Assembly (NCBI GenBank): GCA_963727445.1
Contig: CAVSGI010000010.1
Coordinates: 320,001-384,000, forward strand
DNA from: an uncultured delta proteobacterium
GTDB lineage: Bacteria > Myxococcota_A > Polyangia > Polyangiales > B10-G4
Length of the DNA: 64,000 bases
Reading direction: 5' to 3'
Part shown: one piece after another, positions 59,234 to 64,000 of the stretch
Layout of the letters: each line of letters begins with the position of its first letter
Position numbering within the stretch: position 1 is the first letter of the stretch
Made by a program: the position numbers and the translations under genes
Notes under the pieces: model-generated
The model's database searches: none
Told to the model about the DNA's origin: nothing
What the model saw: only the letters and a program-made list of their open reading frames with translations

Positions 59234-59941
59234 GTGCCCACGGCTGTCCTCGATGCCCAGGGGATCACGAAGGTCTACCGCATGGGCGAGGTCGACGTTC
59301 ACGCGCTTCGCGGCGTGGACCTCTCGCTCCTGGAAGGTGAGTTTCTCGTGCTCGTCGGCGCGAGCGGGTCGGGCAAGTCGACGCTGCTCAACATCCTCGG
59401 CGGCCTCGATGTACCCACCGAGGGAAGGGTCTTCTACAGGGACTGGGAGCTCACCGATGCGGACGACGCCGAGCTCACGCGCTACCGCCGCGACAACGTC
59501 GGCTTCGTCTTTCAGTTCTACAACCTGATCCCGAGCCTGACCGCGCGCGAGAACGTCGAGCTGGTGACCGAGATCGCGCCCGACCCGATGGACGCGGCCG
59601 ACGCGCTCGCGTTGGTCGGTCTGGGCGACCGCGTCGACCACTTTCCGGCGCAGCTCTCGGGCGGTGAGCAGCAGCGCGTCGCGATCGCGCGCGCGGTCGC
59701 CAAGCAGCCTGCCGTGCTCATGTGCGACGAGCCCACTGGCGCCCTCGACTACAAGACCGGCATCAAGGTCCTCGAGGTGATCGAGCGGGTGAACCGCGAG
59801 CTCGGGACCACCACCGCCGTCATCACTCACAACGTTCCCATCGCCGCGATGGCCGACCGCGTGGTCACCCTCGCCGACGGACGCGTGGACTCGATCCAGG
59901 AGAACTCCGAGAAGGTCGCCGTTCAGGACATCCGATGGTGA
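59234..59941 (+). CDS. ABC transporter ATP-binding protein (LolD/MacB type)
   Basis: [31 protein letters not shown]. Confidence 0.95.
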   Translation: MPTAVLDAQGITKVYRMGEVDVHALRGVDLSLLEGEFLVLVGASGSGKSTLLNILGGLDVPTEGRVFYRDWELTDADDAELTRYRRDNVGFVFQFYNLIPSLTARENVELVTEIAPDPMDAADALALVGLGDRVDHFPAQLSGGEQQRVAIARAVAKQPAVLMCDEPTGALDYKTGIKVLEVIERVNRELGTTTAVITHNVPIAAMADRVVTLADGRVDSIQENSEKVAVQDIRW

Positions 59942-62301
59942 GCCCTCTCGACAAGAAGCTCGTGAGGGATCTGAGCCGGATGGGTGGGCAGGTGCTCACC
60001 ATCTCGCTGGTGGTGGCGGCCGGTATCGCGGGCTACGTGGCGATGCGGGGGACCTACGCCTCGCTGATCTACTCGCGAGACGCCTACTACGAGCGCTATC
60101 GCTTCGCGGACGTCTTCGATCATCTCAAGCGTGCGCCCGACTCGGTGGCCGCCCAGATCCTGCAGATCGAGGGAGTGGCTTCGGTCTACACCCGCGTCGT
60201 CGAGCCGGCGACGGTTCCGGTGGACACGCTGCCCGAGCCGGCGTCGGGCTACCTGGTCTCGGTTCCGACCGACGGCCATCCGCTCCTCAACGACGTGTAC
60301 CTGCGGGCGGGACGCTACCTCGAGCCCGACCGCAGCGACGAGGTGCTCGTTCTGGAGTCCTTCGCGACGGCACACGACATACGCCCGGGTGACCGCATAC
60401 CGGTCGTGGTCAACGGCATCCTTCGGCGGCCGGTCGTGGTGGGCATCGCCATGACGCCCGAGTACGTGTTTCCGATGCCGGTCGGTGGCCTGAGCGCAGA
60501 CCCGGAGCGTTTCGCCGTCCTCTGGATGAACGAGGACGCGCTCTCCGCCGCCTTCGAGATGACCGGGGCCTTCGACGACGTGAGCTTGAGGCTTCAGCCG
60601 GGGGCATCCGAACGGGGGGTGATCACCGATCTCGACCGCGTCCTCGAGCCCTATGGAGGCCTCGGCGCCGTCGGTCGCGATCACCAGCAATCCAACATGA
60701 TCCTCAATGGCGAGCTGTCCCAGCTCGAGAGCTTCGCCACCGTGATCCCGATGATCTTTCTGGGGGTCGCCGCGTTCCTGCTGAACGTGGTCCTGTCGCG
60801 TCTGGTCAATCTCCAGCGCGTCCAGATCGCCGCCCTCAAGGCGGTCGGATATCCCGATCGCGACATCGGCATCCACTACGTGAAGCTGGTCCTGGTGATC
60901 GTGGCGATCGGGTCGATGATCGGAATCGCCACGGGCTCGTGGCTGGGCCGGGCGTTCACCAATCTGTACACCGAGTACTTTCGCTTTCCGGTGTTGGTCT
61001 ACCGGCTCAACGCGCAGGTCGTGATGGTGAGCGTGACCATCAGCCTGGTGGCGGGGCTCATCGGCGCGCTCGCGGCCGCGCGACGGGTGGCGCGCATGCC
61101 CCCCGCCGAGGCGATGCGCCCGCCGGCGCCGCCGAGCTTCAAGCCGACCTGGCTCGAGCGCCTGGGCTTCCACAAGCTGCTCTCGCCGAACGCACGAATG
61201 ATCGTGCGCGAGCTGGAGCGGCGGCCGATTCGCCTGATCCTCTCCAGCGTGGGCGTGGCCATGGCTGTGGCGATCCTGGTCGTCGGTCGCTTCAACGTCG
61301 ACGCGCTGGACTTTCTCATGCAGGTGCAGTTCCACGAAGCCTGGGCGGAGGACCTGAGCGTCACCTTTCGTAGCGCGGTGAGCGACCGCGCGATCCGCGA
61401 CCTGGCGCACATCCCCGGGGTCACACACGTCGAGGGCATGCGCACCGCGCCCGTGCGATTCAGAAATGGTCCGAGGTTTCGGGACGCAGCGATCGTCGGC
61501 TATCAGCACGGCGGCGAGCTGCGGCGACCCCTCGACGGGATGGGCCACGAGAAGGCGCTCCCCGATCAGGGCATCGTCCTGAGCCGCAAGCTCGCCGAGA
61601 TCCTGGAGGTGAGACCCGGGCAGACGGTGAGCGTCGAGGTGCGCGAAGGCGATCGCCAGGTCAAGGACGTGCTGGTCACCGACCTCATCGACGATTCCTT
61701 CGGCCTGATGGGCTACATGCGGCTGTCGACTCTGCAGCACTTTCTCGGCGAAGAGGATGTGGTCAATCAGGGGCTGATGCGCATCGACTCGCGCGACCTG
61801 GCAGAGATCCAACGACGGCTCAAGGAGCTGCCGGCGGTCCAAAGCGTGCTGCGCAAGCAGAACATCATCGATCTCTTCAACAAGCAGAGCGCCGAGATGA
61901 TGGTGGCGATGACGCTGATCATGACCCTCTTCGCGATGGTGGTCGCGGTGGGTGTGGTCTACAACAACGCACGCGTGGCGCTCTCGGTGCGGGCGCGCGA
62001 CCTGGGCAGTCTGCGGGTGCTCGGATTCTCCCGAACGGAGATCAGCGCGATCCTGCTGGGCGAGCTGGCGGTACAGCTGATCCTCGCGGTGCCGATCGGT
62101 CTGGGCATCGGAACCCTGATGGCCCACGGCGTCATGGCCGGCGTCGATCCGGAGCAGTATCGTATGCCGGTCATCATCAGCGCGCGCACCTACGCCTTCG
62201 CGGCGGTGGTGGCGCTGGCGTCTGGTGTGGCGAGCGCGCTGTTGGTTCGTCGGAAGCTGGACAAGCTCGACCTGATCGCTGTCTTGAAGACGAGAGAGTA
62301 G
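59935..62301 (+). CDS. ABC transporter permease (duplicated FtsX/MacB type)
   Basis: Two halves with '[10 protein letters not shown]' and '[15 protein letters not shown]'; start overlaps the ATPase stop. Confidence 0.93.
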   Translation: MVSPLDKKLVRDLSRMGGQVLTISLVVAAGIAGYVAMRGTYASLIYSRDAYYERYRFADVFDHLKRAPDSVAAQILQIEGVASVYTRVVEPATVPVDTLPEPASGYLVSVPTDGHPLLNDVYLRAGRYLEPDRSDEVLVLESFATAHDIRPGDRIPVVVNGILRRPVVVGIAMTPEYVFPMPVGGLSADPERFAVLWMNEDALSAAFEMTGAFDDVSLRLQPGASERGVITDLDRVLEPYGGLGAVGRDHQQSNMILNGELSQLESFATVIPMIFLGVAAFLLNVVLSRLVNLQRVQIAALKAVGYPDRDIGIHYVKLVLVIVAIGSMIGIATGSWLGRAFTNLYTEYFRFPVLVYRLNAQVVMVSVTISLVAGLIGALAAARRVARMPPAEAMRPPAPPSFKPTWLERLGFHKLLSPNARMIVRELERRPIRLILSSVGVAMAVAILVVGRFNVDALDFLMQVQFHEAWAEDLSVTFRSAVSDRAIRDLAHIPGVTHVEGMRTAPVRFRNGPRFRDAAIVGYQHGGELRRPLDGMGHEKALPDQGIVLSRKLAEILEVRPGQTVSVEVREGDRQVKDVLVTDLIDDSFGLMGYMRLSTLQHFLGEEDVVNQGLMRIDSRDLAEIQRRLKELPAVQSVLRKQNIIDLFNKQSAEMMVAMTLIMTLFAMVVAVGVVYNNARVALSVRARDLGSLRVLGFSRTEISAILLGELAVQLILAVPIGLGIGTLMAHGVMAGVDPEQYRMPVIISARTYAFAAVVALASGVASALLVRRKLDKLDLIAVLKTRE

Positions 62302-62310
62302 GGAGGCCCC

Positions 62311-63567
62311 GTGAACGAGCCGCGGAAGAAGAACGAAAAACGAGGAAAAGTCGCGCTCAAGTGGGCCAAGCGTGTGCTGGGCATCCTCTTCGTCCTCGGG
62401 GTGATCGTGACCCTCGTCACCGCTTGGATGCCGAAGCCCGTTCCGGTCGACGGGACCCAGGCCGAGACCGGACGGCTCCTGGTCACCGTGAACGAGTCCG
62501 GGCGGACGCGCGTCAAGGATCGCTACGTGGTGAGCGCGCCCTTGGCGGGCAACGTGGCGCGGATCGGTCTGCATCCCGGTGATCACGTGGAGGAGGGTCA
62601 GGAGCTCGCGCAGATCTACTCTCTCGAGCCACCGCTGATGGACGCGCGCAGCCGCGAGCAGGCGACCGCGCGCGTGTCGGCGGCCCGCGCGGCGGCGCGG
62701 CAGGCGCGCGCGACCCAGGAGCGCATCTCCACCTCCGCGACCTTCGCAGCGCGCGAAGCGGAGCGGCAGCGCGGCCTGGCGGAGCGTGGCTCGGTGGCGC
62801 CGATAGCGGCGGAGCGCGCCGAGCTCGAGAGCAAGACGGCACAGGAGGAGCTGAGCTCGGCGGCCTTCGCCGTTCGGGTCGCGGACTACGAGCTCCGGGT
62901 GGCAGAGGCCGCGCTCAACCGGCAGGGCGGCCCCACCGGAAGGGCACCGGCCGCGACGGAGGAGGGCGACGAGCAGGTGATGGTGCACGCGCCCGTCGCC
63001 GGCAAGGTCCTACGGGTGATCCAGGAGAGCGAGGGTGTGGTGCAGGCCGGCACGCCACTCCTCGAGATCGGAGACGCGTCGGCGCTCGAGATCGTCGTCG
63101 ACGTGCTCACCAGTGATGCGGTTCACATCGAGCCCGGCGCCCGAGTGCTGATCGAGCGCTGGGGCGGACCCGAGACGCTGCACGGACACGTGCGCGTCGT
63201 GGAGCCCTCGGCCTTCACGCGGATGAGCGCGCTGGGCGTCGAGGAGCAGCGCGTGAACGTCATCATCGATCTCGACGAGGACTACGAGATCTGGCAATCG
63301 CTCGGCGACGGCTATCGCGTCGAGGCGCGGATCATCGTCTGGGAGGCGCCCGACGTGCTCCGCGTGCCCGCGAGCGCGGTGTTTCGTCACGGCGAGGGCT
63401 GGGCGCTCTACACGATCGAAGCGGGCGCAGCCAAGCTCACGCCGGTGGAGGTCGGGCACAAGAACGGTCTCGAGACCGAGATCACCTCGGGCATCGAGGC
63501 CGGCACGGAGATCATCCTGCACCCGAGCGATCAGATCACCGACGGGGTCGAGGTCGAGCTCCGCTGA
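62311..63567 (+). CDS. Periplasmic adaptor (HlyD/RND membrane fusion protein)
   Basis: N-terminal TM, VVSAPLAG, coiled coil, APVAGKVL, SALGVEEQRVNV. Confidence 0.92.
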   Translation: MNEPRKKNEKRGKVALKWAKRVLGILFVLGVIVTLVTAWMPKPVPVDGTQAETGRLLVTVNESGRTRVKDRYVVSAPLAGNVARIGLHPGDHVEEGQELAQIYSLEPPLMDARSREQATARVSAARAAARQARATQERISTSATFAAREAERQRGLAERGSVAPIAAERAELESKTAQEELSSAAFAVRVADYELRVAEAALNRQGGPTGRAPAATEEGDEQVMVHAPVAGKVLRVIQESEGVVQAGTPLLEIGDASALEIVVDVLTSDAVHIEPGARVLIERWGGPETLHGHVRVVEPSAFTRMSALGVEEQRVNVIIDLDEDYEIWQSLGDGYRVEARIIVWEAPDVLRVPASAVFRHGEGWALYTIEAGAAKLTPVEVGHKNGLETEITSGIEAGTEIILHPSDQITDGVEVELR

Positions 63568-63638
63568 AGGTCGGTCGGTTGTCTGGTCGCTGATGAAGAG
63601 TCCCCAGGCCGCGAGGTCCGAAGCGGCGCACATGCGAC

Positions 63639-63995
63639 TCAACCCGGGCAGAGCTCGATGTCGACCGTGATCTCGGTCGTCATGCAGGCGCTGACGTCGG
63701 CCTCGGTGGGGCCGTCGGTGATACAGCCGTCCGGCGTCTGGGCCGACACCTGCCAGGGTGCGTTGGTCTCCACCGGGCTGTCGGCGCATCCGTCGGTGCC
63801 GACGCGGGCCTCGTAGGGGACATCGCCCGGGTTCTGGATCATCGTCACGGTGGCGTCGGTCGCTGGGTTGCCGCTCGTGTCCCGAACGCACACCCGGAGA
63901 GTAGCGCGTCCATCACAAGCGTCCGCGCCGCTCGCGCCGTCGTCACCGCACGCCGCGGCGAAGAGCAGGATCCATCCGATCGGCGACAGGCGCAT
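63639..63995 (-). CDS. Small lipoprotein with carboxypeptidase-regulatory-like beta domain
   Basis: Lipobox FAAAC; 'VRDTSGNP..DATVT'. Confidence 0.6.
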   Translation of the reverse strand: MRLSPIGWILLFAAACGDDGASGADACDGRATLRVCVRDTSGNPATDATVTMIQNPGDVPYEARVGTDGCADSPVETNAPWQVSAQTPDGCITDGPTEADVSACMTTEITVDIELCPG

Positions 63996-64000
63996 GGTCA

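Noticed and set aside
59234..63567. ABC exporter as part of a bacteriocin or secondary-metabolite cluster
   Set aside because: A common ATPase-permease-adaptor trio with no adjacent precursor or biosynthetic genes in the window.

Overview
High-GC bacterial chromosomal window. The abundant Cys-rich lipoproteins with DTG/DAG linkers, PPC-repeat and giant TPR proteins, and a solitary groEL suggest Myxococcota, probably Polyangia/Sandaracinaceae-like (inference). Housekeeping content: a truncated tRNA-Leu, pgeF, accD-folC-hemD-hemE-hemG, yacG, an RlmI-type methyltransferase, rpsB-tsf-pyrH-frr, egtB-egtD, TetR plus acyl-CoA dehydrogenase, groEL, an Ada-like gene and an ABC exporter. Many hypothetical membrane and lipoprotein genes lie between them. 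Several normally essential genes carry single-base frameshifts (folC, hemE, rpsB, tsf), so the assembly probably has indel errors. The best candidate for an undescribed system is at 35442-38705. There a Tes/GDGT-macrocyclase-family radical SAM gene converges on and overlaps a translationally coupled trio: a membrane protein, a Zn-ribbon membrane protein ending in a hydrophobic helix plus Cys, and a divergent Lgt-like diacylglyceryl transferase. This hints at a dedicated protein-lipidation/lipid-tail-crosslinking pathway. Other notable signals: the tRNA-Leu has the rare anticodon AAG; a 27-bp AT-rich repeat occurs five times in clusters starting just after stop codons; a MITE-like element occurs twice with compensatory changes in its terminal inverted repeats; and one protein appears to fuse ExbB-like, ExbD-like and GspC-PDZ regions. 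No CRISPR array, cas gene, transposase, integrase or rRNA was recognised. All product calls come from motif recognition by eye, not database searches.
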